DNA of 64,000 bases from an uncultured virus (IMG/VR IMGVR_UViG_3300021256_000096) (IMGVR_UViG_3300021256_000096), one strand, 5' to 3'. Positions 33,581 to 43,611 are shown, numbered from the stretch's first letter. Notes: generated from the sequence alone by a model not told the origin. Made by a program: numbers and translations.

Positions 33581-33919
33581 ATGGGCGCTTATATTGCAAA
33601 ACAACCAAACGGATTATACTGTCGCTTCTCAAGTGTCGTTGATTCAGTAACGCACTGGAACATGACAGAAGAGGATTATATCAACTTTCATAAAGAGCGT
33701 TATGGTGCGTTCTCAGGAGAGACTGCTCGTGACACTCTGAAAAATCATCTCAAACCTTTCGAGAGGATTAAAGATGATTTCATTCCAGCAAATGATTCTG
33801 TTGAAGAATTTCAAGAGATGCTCAAGAGTATGGGTGATGAAAAGGGATTAAGCGAAGAGAATCTGAAACGTATCCGCGAATGGCAAGAAGAAGTCGACCG
33901 CGGATGTAATAATGCATAA
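33581..33919 (+). CDS. conserved phage protein
   Basis: MGAYIAKQPNGLYCRFSSVVD.. resembles a common small phage family. Confidence 0.75.
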   Translation: MGAYIAKQPNGLYCRFSSVVDSVTHWNMTEEDYINFHKERYGAFSGETARDTLKNHLKPFERIKDDFIPANDSVEEFQEMLKSMGDEKGLSEENLKRIREWQEEVDRGCNNA

Positions 33920-33939
33920 ACGGTAAATAACATCAGATT

Positions 33940-34281
33940 ATGGCTAAGAAACTGAATAAAGGAGACAATATCTTCTACGAGAAAGACGGTGTATTTTACA
34001 GAGACCGAGTGAAAGAAGTTCTTGAAACTGAGGATGGAAATCTCTATACTCCGGAAGACTATGACTGGTGGGCCGTATCTGAGGATGAATTAGTTCCGGA
34101 TACTGATGAGCGAGTCCGCAATATAACTTGTCTCATTGAAGATAAGATGGTGAATCTCTCAGAAATTCGTCACTGGCTTTCATTCCATGCAAGTGATTAT
34201 TACGAATCAGATTCATGGTCGTCATTTGACAGCGAACAGATGATTATAGATTTATGCAAGCATATGCTATATAAGAAATAA
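33940..34281 (+). CDS. hypothetical protein
   Basis: 113-aa ORF. Confidence 0.75.
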   Translation: MAKKLNKGDNIFYEKDGVFYRDRVKEVLETEDGNLYTPEDYDWWAVSEDELVPDTDERVRNITCLIEDKMVNLSEIRHWLSFHASDYYESDSWSSFDSEQMIIDLCKHMLYKK

Positions 34282-34521
34282 CATATATAAGCAGAACTTC
34301 AACTCAGAGTTCTGCTTGCCATAATAATATCGTATATTTAAATTGATAGATCTGAAGACGTCCTGCTCGTGATGAGTCGGACGCCTTTTCTATGTTCCGT
34401 AACTCCCTCAGTTTCAGTACGAAACCAAACTTTCAGATTTTCAAAGATAAATATATAACACGACTCAAGATAAGGGTTGTAAGCAAGAAGTTGCTTTCTA
34501 AAACTAATCTAAAAACCGAAT

Positions 34522-35376
34522 ATGCTAATTAGAAAACTGAAGAAAACAATGGTCGGCTCACTACTGATGCTAGTGTCGACTGCCGCATCCGCGCAGGATT
34601 TGCTGGCGAACAATGCTCCCGTTGACAGGAAGATGAAAAACGTGGATTCTCTCCTTATACACAAGTTCATTTATAATACAGACGTCAACACTTTGAACTT
34701 CGCAGAAGAACTGTACGACGAATGGAGCAACGATTTAACACATTACAGGAACAGCACTTTGCTGCCTGATGAATTCAAGATTGACTTGAGAAACTTCACG
34801 ATGCCCACAGACAGTAAGCAGGTGACTTCTGTCTACGGACAAAGATGGGGCCGCCTCCACGCCGGCCTGGACATTAAAGTCTATATTGGCGACACGATAC
34901 GTGCCGCTTTCGACGGAAAAGTCCGCATAGTGAAGTATGATGCCAGGGGCTATGGCAAGTTTGTAGTCATCAGACATCCGAATGGATTGGAGACGTACTA
35001 TGGACATTTGTCCAAGCAACTGGTCAAAGAGAACCAGGACGTGAAGTCCGGAGAACCAATCGGTCTGGGAGGAAACACGGGTCGTAGCACGGGTTCTCAT
35101 CTGCACTTCGAGACCAGACTCTGTGGAATATCAATTAATCCCGCAGAACTGTTTGACTTCAAGAATCAGGACGTTACTGACGACTACTACGTCTTCACCA
35201 AGAAAACTCATCCTCAGAAGACAACTACGGGGATGTACGTCCACAAAGTCAGAAAGGGCGAATCACTGTCGAGCATCGCTCGTAAACACGGGACGACAGT
35301 TGCTGCCCTATGTCAGTTGAACCACGTCAGCAGGAACACACGTATAGTGTCTGGACAAATCTTGAAGTACAAGTAA
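34522..35376 (+). CDS. M23 family peptidoglycan peptidase with C-terminal LysM and signal peptide
   Basis: HAGLD, YGHL, GNTGRSTGSHLHFE; LysM HKVRKGESLSSIARKHG; GATAAATA at 34446. Confidence 0.9.
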   Translation: MLIRKLKKTMVGSLLMLVSTAASAQDLLANNAPVDRKMKNVDSLLIHKFIYNTDVNTLNFAEELYDEWSNDLTHYRNSTLLPDEFKIDLRNFTMPTDSKQVTSVYGQRWGRLHAGLDIKVYIGDTIRAAFDGKVRIVKYDARGYGKFVVIRHPNGLETYYGHLSKQLVKENQDVKSGEPIGLGGNTGRSTGSHLHFETRLCGISINPAELFDFKNQDVTDDYYVFTKKTHPQKTTTGMYVHKVRKGESLSSIARKHGTTVAALCQLNHVSRNTRIVSGQILKYK

Positions 35377-35462
35377 AGCGTAATGGCAAGGAAGTACCCA
35401 AGAAAGTACCCAAGAAACTGCCTGAAATGATTTGAAAACTATTAAATAGTGATAAGAACTAT

Positions 35463-36923
35463 TCACTTATTTAACAGCCTCTTTCTGGCTTTGAGTTCGC
35501 TGATGCGAACTCTGACCGGGGGAATCACCGCTCCCATACACTCTCTCGATATTTCTGCATCGATTGAGTTTACTTTTAGATACTTCCTGAGAATGTTGTA
35601 CGCTCCGTTCACGTCAGCGTTGATGAGAGTTCCGTCTGAAGCGCAGTAAAGCCCGCGCTTGATTCTCTTTCCGGAGAATCTGTACACTGTATCATCTCCC
35701 TTTACATAAGTGGGTATTTCATCTCTGTCAAGGAATGATGCCTTTGACGTGTAACTCTCTTCCTGTCTGACTACAGTGATGCCGTATGCGGCAGCCTTGT
35801 ATTCGAGTTTCTCTATGAGAGAAGTATAAGGAATGAATGCAAAGTTCTGTTTTGTGACTTTGTGGAAAGGCAGATTGTCTTTCCATCTGTCATTATGACC
35901 GATGATGATTGTATTTGCACGGATTATCCGTGCAATCTCGATGAGTTTCGCACTTATGAGATGCATGATGTCATCGAGAATATTCTTGCGGTCGGCCCAC
36001 ATCTTCCTTGTGTACTCGTCAGATGCGAAAGATGAGTCTTTCGCTTTCATCTTCTCAGTGTAGGTTGAGATTTTGTAATTGTAATACCGGTTGATTGACT
36101 TGATTTCTCTGCCGTCTATGATGAAGGATTTGAAGGATTCAAGATTCGAGACAACCGTACATAGGTTGTCCAGTCCTGAATCTATCGCAAGATAAATTCC
36201 ATTATCTTGCTTTGCTGGTATTCTCTTCCTGTTCTCATACACGACATTGACCAGGCACTGACCGGGGGAATACGATACGTTCACCGAACGTATGAGTTCC
36301 GGGTCTACCAGAGTCTTGAAATGTATGCCAGTCTTGGGTATGTCAATCATTCTCTCAGCAAGCGACTTCTTGCTGAGCGTCGCTTTGAAATATTTCGCTA
36401 CATATGTAGCGTTGTTATCGGTTTTTGAATATTTGGGTATCCCGACATATCCGTCATATTCGCCTATTGCTTTCTTGCGTTTGAGTTCTTTGTATATAGT
36501 CCACTCTGTAATCACAGAGCGTAAGACTGCCTGCGCTACATTCGCAGGCATTATCCTGAAGTCTGGCTGTTCGATGCTTTTGAGATATTTTTCAATTTTC
36601 TGATATGACAGATACTTTCCTCTCACATCATCGAACATATCACAAGTGTAGTTCTTTCCAGTGACGTTGAAGAAGTGTTGTCTTGTGATGAAGACAACTA
36701 CGTTTCTGAGTTTTGCTGCCTGTAGAAGAATAGGATACAATTCGCTGAACTCGCTGCTTCCCTCACGGAAGCAGTGTTTCTCAACGAGATAGTTTTCATC
36801 GTCGTCTTCAGTATTGCTGACAAAGTTCTCACACGACAAGTCTTTGTCGTGCTCTTTCAGCAATTTGACGACTTCCTGACCGTCAATCACATTGTTCTTA
36901 TAATATGACAGCAAATTTATCAT
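35463..36923 (-). CDS. tnpB: TnpB (IS200/IS605 family RNA-guided nuclease), no adjacent TnpA
   Basis: YLAIDSGLDN (RuvC-I), IIIGHN, QEESYTSKAS, INADVNGAYNILRK (RuvC-III). Confidence 0.9.
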   Translation of the reverse strand: MINLLSYYKNNVIDGQEVVKLLKEHDKDLSCENFVSNTEDDDENYLVEKHCFREGSSEFSELYPILLQAAKLRNVVVFITRQHFFNVTGKNYTCDMFDDVRGKYLSYQKIEKYLKSIEQPDFRIMPANVAQAVLRSVITEWTIYKELKRKKAIGEYDGYVGIPKYSKTDNNATYVAKYFKATLSKKSLAERMIDIPKTGIHFKTLVDPELIRSVNVSYSPGQCLVNVVYENRKRIPAKQDNGIYLAIDSGLDNLCTVVSNLESFKSFIIDGREIKSINRYYNYKISTYTEKMKAKDSSFASDEYTRKMWADRKNILDDIMHLISAKLIEIARIIRANTIIIGHNDRWKDNLPFHKVTKQNFAFIPYTSLIEKLEYKAAAYGITVVRQEESYTSKASFLDRDEIPTYVKGDDTVYRFSGKRIKRGLYCASDGTLINADVNGAYNILRKYLKVNSIDAEISRECMGAVIPPVRVRISELKARKRLLNK

Positions 36924-36985
36924 CAGTATTCTTCGTTTGTGTTTTCGTCGACCTGAGCTTAATGTTGTTTCGTTATGAAACTCAA

Positions 36986-38077
36986 TTAGTTACGGTTCGT
37001 AATCCACTTCTCAGAACAGTAAGGGCTCTCAACGAACCTAGCATCAACTGTATATCCTGTCAACCACTTGATGAGTCGAACATCAGTCGTCGTGAGTTCC
37101 TCATCAATCTTGATGAGTTTACCACTGATGTTCCGACAGTCAGCACTTGGAAATTTGCACACGCCGAGCTTGAACAACCCACATTCGTGATTCGTCTTTT
37201 CTTCGATTTCATAATCAAACGGAATGTTTATTGGTAACTGCTCTGCGCTGAGACTTTTCTTGAACTGCGAGCATCTCTCCTTCAGAGGACATTCTCCGCA
37301 GCCCACTTCATTCGGACGATAGTAGTGTGCGTTCGGATCGCGGTCGAGATTATGTTTCCATGCAATAAGACACGACGTTTTCTTGAAAACCGGCACGCCG
37401 AGACTATGACATATTGTGCGGAACTCTTTATCGACGTCACGACCAACGTACTTCTTAAGTCCGAATTTATGACCATCATACGGCTTGAATTCAATATGGT
37501 CGTCAGCCAAGCGCTGCTTCAGATTATCACTCATCTGTAGCCCGCAGTATCCGATGCCGGTCTTATGCTTCGCAGCAATCTCTGCAACTCTGCGGAATAT
37601 ATCTTCCGAATCGTTGATTCCGTTGATGATTGGCCGGAATTCTACCGAGTAATGATAACCGAGCTGCGATGCAACGTCCATATTATCTTCGAATCTTTTC
37701 ATCGTGCTGCCGTCATAAGGTGAGTCACATCCGAATGTAGATAATCCGAAGTGCAAGTCGAGATTAAACTTACGGTCTGTCGGAAATTTCCGTAAATCAC
37801 CCTTGGTAATGATGATGACCGGACCGGTATGATTGTTGGCTTCAAGCTTTTCGAGAATCTCGACAGTGTTGTCTATCTGGAGCATAGGGTCTCCGTAGAA
37901 TATATTGACTGCTACTGGGATGTTCTTGAACGCTGGGTTCATCTCGCCAGGAAGAATTGAATAACTCTTCCGTATAGAATCATTGGCGCGGCAATAAGAA
38001 CAGTTGTAGCATTTAGGCAGTGTGCTACCTATCATCATAAAGGACTTGCCGAAGTAAGCATCTTTATATTCAGTCAT
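36986..38077 (-). CDS. radical SAM-like protein
   Basis: CYNCSYC, YGDP, IITKG, EFRPIINGIND; Cys-rich C-terminus. Confidence 0.7.
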   Translation of the reverse strand: MTEYKDAYFGKSFMMIGSTLPKCYNCSYCRANDSIRKSYSILPGEMNPAFKNIPVAVNIFYGDPMLQIDNTVEILEKLEANNHTGPVIIITKGDLRKFPTDRKFNLDLHFGLSTFGCDSPYDGSTMKRFEDNMDVASQLGYHYSVEFRPIINGINDSEDIFRRVAEIAAKHKTGIGYCGLQMSDNLKQRLADDHIEFKPYDGHKFGLKKYVGRDVDKEFRTICHSLGVPVFKKTSCLIAWKHNLDRDPNAHYYRPNEVGCGECPLKERCSQFKKSLSAEQLPINIPFDYEIEEKTNHECGLFKLGVCKFPSADCRNISGKLIKIDEELTTTDVRLIKWLTGYTVDARFVESPYCSEKWITNRN

Positions 38078-38101
38078 AATAGTTTCATTATCAATTTTGA
38101 T

Positions 38102-38407
38102 TTAGAGCCAGTCGCACGAGAAGTGCCAACTGATTAAATCTTTCTCTTTCTGGGAGAGTTGCTCGTAATGTTCCTTGCAATATGTCTCGACACTAGGACG
38201 ACAGATATTTCCGCATAATTCGTCCCTCTCTTTCAGTTCTTTACCGCAGACACAGCATGTGGGCCAGTGACGCTCCTTCGCTTTCTCGGCTCTTGATATA
38301 AAGTCCGGACAATTGGGATACAAACAAGGCTTCTGCTGTTCGACGCACCAATGGTACTTGCGGTCTGCGCTATGGTGATAGCAATCGTAAGGTTCTTGTT
38401 GTTTCAT
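38102..38407 (-). CDS. Cys-rich (zinc-finger-like) protein
   Basis: Multiple Cys/His pairs. Confidence 0.65.
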   Translation of the reverse strand: MKQQEPYDCYHHSADRKYHWCVEQQKPCLYPNCPDFISRAEKAKERHWPTCCVCGKELKERDELCGNICRPSVETYCKEHYEQLSQKEKDLISWHFSCDWL

Positions 38408-38419
38408 TATGAATTTCAA

Positions 38420-38869
38420 TTAGTTAATTTCTTCAACTTTTAATCGGACGGACATTCCTCGCCTATCACCGGCGTGCCATCTATAGTTCCCGTGTATATC
38501 GACTCCAGAGTCTTCAGAGTAGAAGCGAACTTTATCTGGTGTATAGGGGAAGCACATAAAGTAGAGTTTGATGTTTCCGTATATCATCCGGATGTCGAGG
38601 GTGCCGTCTTCCTGGAACTGGATCCATCCAAAGTAATCCACTTTGTTAGTGTCATAACTTGAACCATGCTTCATCAATTCATTGACAAGGATGTCTTCTT
38701 CGATGATCGTGCATCTGACTTTCCGGATTTCTTCAGGTTTACGTGCTCGCATCCGGCAGTGCTCGACATCAATTCCGAAACTGTCGTAGAACGGACGTCC
38801 CTCCTTGACGTGCCGAGTAGCGCACGTCGTCTCGAATGTAGTTCCGACTTTATAATCAGTTATTACCAT
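38420..38869 (-). CDS. hypothetical protein
   Basis: 149-aa ORF. Confidence 0.7.
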   Translation of the reverse strand: MVITDYKVGTTFETTCATRHVKEGRPFYDSFGIDVEHCRMRARKPEEIRKVRCTIIEEDILVNELMKHGSSYDTNKVDYFGWIQFQEDGTLDIRMIYGNIKLYFMCFPYTPDKVRFYSEDSGVDIHGNYRWHAGDRRGMSVRLKVEEIN

Positions 38870-39096
38870 ACCTTACGAATTAGTCCGTCTAATAATTCAA
38901 TCTTCTGTTCGAGGGCGTAGCCGTATTTTTCGCCCCAATCATCTGTTCGAGATTTATTCATCTCTAGCATAGAGTTGAGCGACTCACGTTCTTCTTTCAA
39001 CGCCAGGACGATGTCATTCACGTGGATGAATTCACCATCCTTGGATATTGTTGCTCCCGCAGGCTCTAGTTTGAATTTCCGTATTTTTGTAATCAT
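38863..39096 (-). CDS. hypothetical protein
   Basis: 77-aa ORF in the operon. Confidence 0.65.
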   Translation of the reverse strand: MITKIRKFKLEPAGATISKDGEFIHVNDIVLALKEERESLNSMLEMNKSRTDDWGEKYGYALEQKIELLDGLIRKVW

Positions 39097-39099
39097 TGC

Positions 39100-40581
39100 T
39101 TATATATTTGAAATCAGTTTTGTGAACTCAGTTATGTCACCATCAATACTCGCTTTTTCAAGCGCAGCCATATACTGCTTGCGTACAGTAACGGGGACAA
39201 CCGTCCACGAATATCCACCAGTCGTCAGCATTGCATTCATAACGAAACGAGCCATACGTCCGTTGCCGTCAGTAAAAGGATGTATCCAGGTCAAGAAGAA
39301 ATGACCAAGAATAGCACGCACTGCCGCGGATTCTTCGTTCTTCAGACACGTGAAGTATTCGTCCATATAGTCAAGGACTTTATGTGCAGCTGGCGGAACA
39401 TGTCTCGAATCTCTAATATAAACGGGCTGATTCCTATATCCGACTATATCAGATTTCTTAAGTATTCCAGCAACAACGAATGGTTGCCACATCTCGACGT
39501 ACCAGTTCATAAAATCTGATTCAATGCATTCACCAGGATTAGCACTCTCATTCTTTATCCGGTTAATAGTTTCCTTCACCTTTTGAAAAGCTTGATAATA
39601 ACCCCTGGCTGCTAATGCGTTCTTTTGCTGTTCGTCGTCCTTGTTTCCTTTCGGATTCCATTTACCAGATGATACTCTGTCAATGAGTTCTTGTGTAACA
39701 ACGTAACCCTCAATTGACAATGAGTTGTATGCGTCTTCTTTATACTTCTCATCGATGTCTTCTATGGATGTTTCTGACTGTTGCTTGTTGAACGAATTGA
39801 TGACTTGTGGTCTCATCTTCTTCCACATAGACGCAATCTTTCCAGCCCTAAGTTCTTTCTCAGAACCTTCAAATGGAACACTAGAATATTCAATACGGAA
39901 GTTGAAGCGCTTTAAAGTGCGCTCCATATTATCAGCTTCAACTTTACGACCCAGCAGTCTCAGTGCTTCTATAATCTTACCAGCTTTAGCATGACCTCCG
40001 TTGTCGAGTAAAGCAGAAGTAATCAAAGACGTATTCTTGATGTTATTCAAACAGATTCGCAATGAATCTGGATCTTTGTCCCAATACGTCAGCGATACAT
40101 TTGCGATAGCACTTTCAATTGGCCATATGTTTACGCCGCTTTCTTTTATTGAAACAATACCATCTGGAAGAGAAGTTTTTCGAATTTCGAATATAGATGT
40201 ATTGTGCAGAAGATTTATGACTCTGTTGCCTCCCTTAGTTACATAAATTGTTATCTGATTCGGTATAGTCGTATTGCCGGCACATAAATCGATTGTCTGT
40301 TCGGGACTCAGACACCAATCTTCTCCATTTGAATAACGTTCATATATAGAAATGAACTTCCAGTAATTAGAGAACCACGTGATTGTTGTGTTCTCTGCGT
40401 TAGCGGGATTGTCAATGATATACCATCCGCGAAGTACTTCTTTCAAGAAACCTGCACCAATAAGACGTTCTAGGTGAGTTCTGGACAACTCATCTGTTCC
40501 GTGGAATACAACGTGCCCGTCATCTTGCAAGCGTTTTAATACTTGAAGAGAAGTTGCTAAATTCTTATTATAACTACTCAT
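39100..40581 (-). CDS. Fic family protein with long N-terminal extension
   Basis: Canonical HPFTDGNGRMAR; YNSLSIEG; early promoter upstream (taccttcgc on the minus strand at 40622-40630). Confidence 0.9.
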   Translation of the reverse strand: MSSYNKNLATSLQVLKRLQDDGHVVFHGTDELSRTHLERLIGAGFLKEVLRGWYIIDNPANAENTTITWFSNYWKFISIYERYSNGEDWCLSPEQTIDLCAGNTTIPNQITIYVTKGGNRVINLLHNTSIFEIRKTSLPDGIVSIKESGVNIWPIESAIANVSLTYWDKDPDSLRICLNNIKNTSLITSALLDNGGHAKAGKIIEALRLLGRKVEADNMERTLKRFNFRIEYSSVPFEGSEKELRAGKIASMWKKMRPQVINSFNKQQSETSIEDIDEKYKEDAYNSLSIEGYVVTQELIDRVSSGKWNPKGNKDDEQQKNALAARGYYQAFQKVKETINRIKNESANPGECIESDFMNWYVEMWQPFVVAGILKKSDIVGYRNQPVYIRDSRHVPPAAHKVLDYMDEYFTCLKNEESAAVRAILGHFFLTWIHPFTDGNGRMARFVMNAMLTTGGYSWTVVPVTVRKQYMAALEKASIDGDITEFTKLISNI

Positions 40582-40730
40582 TTGCTTTAGAATTTAATGT
40601 TGTTTATATATTTATTTATCCGCGAAGGTAAGCATTATTTTTCGATTACGCAAGCATTTGCTCGAAATTTAACAAAAATAAACTCCTTAGAATATAATGT
40701 TGCTCTTTCTTTAGAATTTAATGTTGTGAT

Positions 40731-41066
40731 TTATTTCCGATAATCGACCATCCCGCACTTCTTACAGACATATATATCATAATTGCCGCCATATGATTCG
40801 TCTTCAAATATGAATTCGTGCTCGCAGATATTCCATATATCGCTTCGTTCTTTATAAAGTTTCCGCAATTGTTTCTCAGTTTCTTTAATTCGATTCTTTG
40901 TCCAATTGCGAATCTCAATCGTACGATTGTATACAGGATTATCTACACCCATCTTGCTCAGATTGTTTATCACAGTATCCAAACAATCTTGATTCTCTTG
41001 GAATAGTGTCTTACATTTAATTAAAGAGTCTATGTTCTGACTCAGTTCTTTTGCTCGTCCTTCCAT
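40731..41066 (-). CDS. hypothetical protein (coiled coil with C-terminal CxH..CxxC)
   Basis: 111-aa ORF. Confidence 0.7.
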   Translation of the reverse strand: MEGRAKELSQNIDSLIKCKTLFQENQDCLDTVINNLSKMGVDNPVYNRTIEIRNWTKNRIKETEKQLRKLYKERSDIWNICEHEFIFEDESYGGNYDIYVCKKCGMVDYRK

Positions 41067-41311
41067 ATGTCTTCTATCTTTATTTTGCTTTCTTTTATTT
41101 CACCGGTCTCTGCGTCCACGTACGTCAAGTAGTCACTCGTAGAAGCCCACGATTCAGTTACTGAGACATCTCGTGGCTCTTTATGAGGACACGTGTCACA
41201 CTGAGTGACATCTCCCTCGAAACATGAGGTGATGCCTTGGTTCACCAAGTGTTGCTTGTGAATGCAGTCGATGTGCTGGACGTATGTTTTCGTGCCTGTT
41301 TTCATAATCAA
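41042..41311 (-). CDS. hypothetical protein
   Basis: 89-aa ORF. Confidence 0.65.
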   Translation of the reverse strand: MIMKTGTKTYVQHIDCIHKQHLVNQGITSCFEGDVTQCDTCPHKEPRDVSVTESWASTSDYLTYVDAETGEIKESKIKIEDIWKDEQKN

Positions 41312-41374
41312 TTCAATTTCTTATTTGTGTATTTTGCTACGGAGATTGTCAACGATTACCGTAGATTATTACAT

Positions 41375-41728
41375 TTAATCACCATCAGCGCTCGGCTTCT
41401 TCCTGAACACATAGTGCCAACACGTCCTAGTGAACTTCGGAGCATCGGGATAACATCCAGCGTAATCCGTATATGTCTCCGTATTAGAAGTTACGAATTC
41501 CCAACCAGCGTTGAAGAGTAACTCCCATTCTTCCGCTTTCAGTTCACTGTCCGTTTTGAATGTATACACAGAAGAGTCTGATGGTGGTGACACACGAGGT
41601 TTTGGTGCAGTTTGGACGTCAGCATCAGCGTCCGAAGAAGAACTGCGAACGCATCTGTTGAACAGTGCGAACCCAAAGACTACTGCACAGACTACGACTA
41701 TTATGACTATTGCAATAACTAATTCCAT
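41375..41728 (-). CDS. membrane-anchored protein
   Basis: N-terminal TM; GWEFV..YVFRK motif. Confidence 0.7.
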   Translation of the reverse strand: MELVIAIVIIVVVCAVVFGFALFNRCVRSSSSDADADVQTAPKPRVSPPSDSSVYTFKTDSELKAEEWELLFNAGWEFVTSNTETYTDYAGCYPDAPKFTRTCWHYVFRKKPSADGD

Positions 41729-41747
41729 AATGAATCTTGTTTAATTA

Positions 41748-42299
41748 TTAATCAAAAACTTCAGCGTCCTTCAGATACGGATGATGCATATCCTTCTCAC
41801 TGAACTTCGCATTCGCTATTGTTCTCGCCGGCCATTGAATGTTGATAGTTGGGTCGTCCCAACGAATACCGGCATCTGCCTGCGGCGCATAAACATTGTC
41901 CACTTTATAGCAGAAGACTGCCGTTTCACTCAACACCAAGAACCCGTGTGCGAACCCCCGTGGTATGAACAGTTGCCTATGGTTGTACTCAGACAACTCA
42001 ACTGCTACGTACTTTCCGAATGTCGGGCTGGATTTCCGGATGTCCACTGCGACGTCAAGCACACTGCCTTGGACGACTCGTACGAGTTTCGCCTGCGCAG
42101 CATCACCCTTCTGATAGTGAAGTCCGCGCAGAACGCCGTATGACGACTTGGATTGATTCTCCTGGACGAAGTGGACGTCTCCCACACATCCGCGGAATTC
42201 TTCTTCCTTGAATGACTCGAAGAAATATCCGCGGTCGTCTTTGAAGACATTCGGCGTAATAGTATACACGCCGTCGATAGATGTCTTTTCGTACTTCAT
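41748..42299 (-). CDS. rfbC: dTDP-4-dehydrorhamnose 3,5-epimerase
   Basis: DDRGYFFE, VLRGLHYQ, QAKLVRV, GFAHGF, YKVDN. Confidence 0.95.
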   Translation of the reverse strand: MKYEKTSIDGVYTITPNVFKDDRGYFFESFKEEEFRGCVGDVHFVQENQSKSSYGVLRGLHYQKGDAAQAKLVRVVQGSVLDVAVDIRKSSPTFGKYVAVELSEYNHRQLFIPRGFAHGFLVLSETAVFCYKVDNVYAPQADAGIRWDDPTINIQWPARTIANAKFSEKDMHHPYLKDAEVFD

Positions 42300-42312
42300 A
42301 ATGAATCCTGAT

Positions 42313-42747
42313 TTATTTTACACCCGTGTGACCGTAGCCGCATTCACCACGTTCAGTCTCGTCGAGTTCCTCGACAACGTCCCACTCAGCCCTTTCAAAC
42401 TTAGAGATAATCATCTGAGCGATACGCTCGCCATCATTGACGATGAAGTTCTCTTGACCGTGATTTATAAGGACGACTCCAATCTGCCCTGAATAATCTG
42501 GATCTATCGTGCCTGGTGTATTACATACACTTATTCCGTGTTTCAAAGCAAGCCCGCTACGAGGACGTACTTGTGCTTCGTATCCATCTGGTAAACCAAT
42601 ATAGATTCCAGTTGGAATCAACTTACGCTCACCAGGAGCCAATGTAATTGGAGCGTCAATGTTAGCTCTTAAATCTACGCCAGCAGCGCCTGCTGTAGCA
42701 TACTCAGGCAGCGGATGCTTCGACTTGTTTACAATCTTGATTTTCAT
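42313..42747 (-). CDS. dut: trimeric dUTPase
   Basis: [34 protein letters not shown]. Confidence 0.95.
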   Translation of the reverse strand: MKIKIVNKSKHPLPEYATAGAAGVDLRANIDAPITLAPGERKLIPTGIYIGLPDGYEAQVRPRSGLALKHGISVCNTPGTIDPDYSGQIGVVLINHGQENFIVNDGERIAQMIISKFERAEWDVVEELDETERGECGYGHTGVK

Positions 42748-42754
42748 TTCGTTA

Positions 42755-42991
42755 TCAATTCGATTTTAATTTTACGTACAAATATCCAAATAATGAGAAC
42801 AGTCCGTTGAAGATGAAATACGACTTCCACGTGTACTCCATCTGCCATAACGCAAATAGACCGAAGTACACTGGTGTGCCGATGATGAACAGCAGTAAGA
42901 ATAGAATCACGAATTCCATTATCCACTCAACGACGTCCTGTGAATCATGTATCTCAATCCACGAGTCTCCCATTTTCTGTAAGTAACCCAT
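42755..42991 (-). CDS. small two-TM membrane protein
   Basis: Two hydrophobic helices. Confidence 0.6.
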   Translation of the reverse strand: MGYLQKMGDSWIEIHDSQDVVEWIMEFVILFLLLFIIGTPVYFGLFALWQMEYTWKSYFIFNGLFSLFGYLYVKLKSN

Positions 42992-43004
42992 ATAATCCTC
43001 CTAA

Positions 43005-43208
43005 TTAGTTTTGGTCTTCAGATGGCATACAAAACCACAGAATCAAATAAATGAGTCCGGCCGGAAAATACGGGCACAAGAACAGGACGACTGTGATTAT
43101 CCTCAGAATATCTGAATCAATCCCGAACTTTTCTCCCAGACCACCACAGACTCCTGAGATCCAACTGTCTTTCTTGCTCAGATGAAGTTTTCTGTTTCTA
43201 CTGTCCAT
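43005..43208 (-). CDS. PspC domain protein
   Basis: ISGVCGGLGEKFGID..LRI..YLILW. Confidence 0.85.
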   Translation of the reverse strand: MDSRNRKLHLSKKDSWISGVCGGLGEKFGIDSDILRIITVVLFLCPYFPAGLIYLILWFCMPSEDQN

Positions 43209-43209
43209 A

Positions 43210-43575
43210 TTACTCGCTCTCCTTATCCTTTTTAATTTGTTCAGTGTCGATACCGTGAGCTTTCATCTCAGCGTTCATCAGCCGGTCAATCTCCGCAGCA
43301 ATCAATGCGCCGGCTTTGGCAAGTTCCTTGATTCTGTTACCAGGACACGGTTTCCACCATTTAGCATCCCAAGGCCAGCCTCTCGGATACGAAACTTCCT
43401 TCGGATAACCATCGTAATGTCTGACGATATGTCTGCAATAATCCGGCAGTGCATATGCTGAGGCTGCTATAGCCATCTCATCATTCACGTGCTCTGCATC
43501 GTGTTCAGGCGTCCAGCCTTCTTGTTCAATCTGACGCTGTCTTTCGGCAGCAATAATTTCTATACCTGTTTTCAT
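43210..43575 (-). CDS. conserved phage protein (AERQRQ..EGWTPEHD family)
   Basis: AERQRQIEQEGWTPEHD..WPW..WWKP..KAGALIAAEIDRL. Confidence 0.8.
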   Translation of the reverse strand: MKTGIEIIAAERQRQIEQEGWTPEHDAEHVNDEMAIAASAYALPDYCRHIVRHYDGYPKEVSYPRGWPWDAKWWKPCPGNRIKELAKAGALIAAEIDRLMNAEMKAHGIDTEQIKKDKESE

Positions 43576-43611
43576 ATCTCTATTAGTTTTATTATGATTT
43601 TTGTTTCTTGT

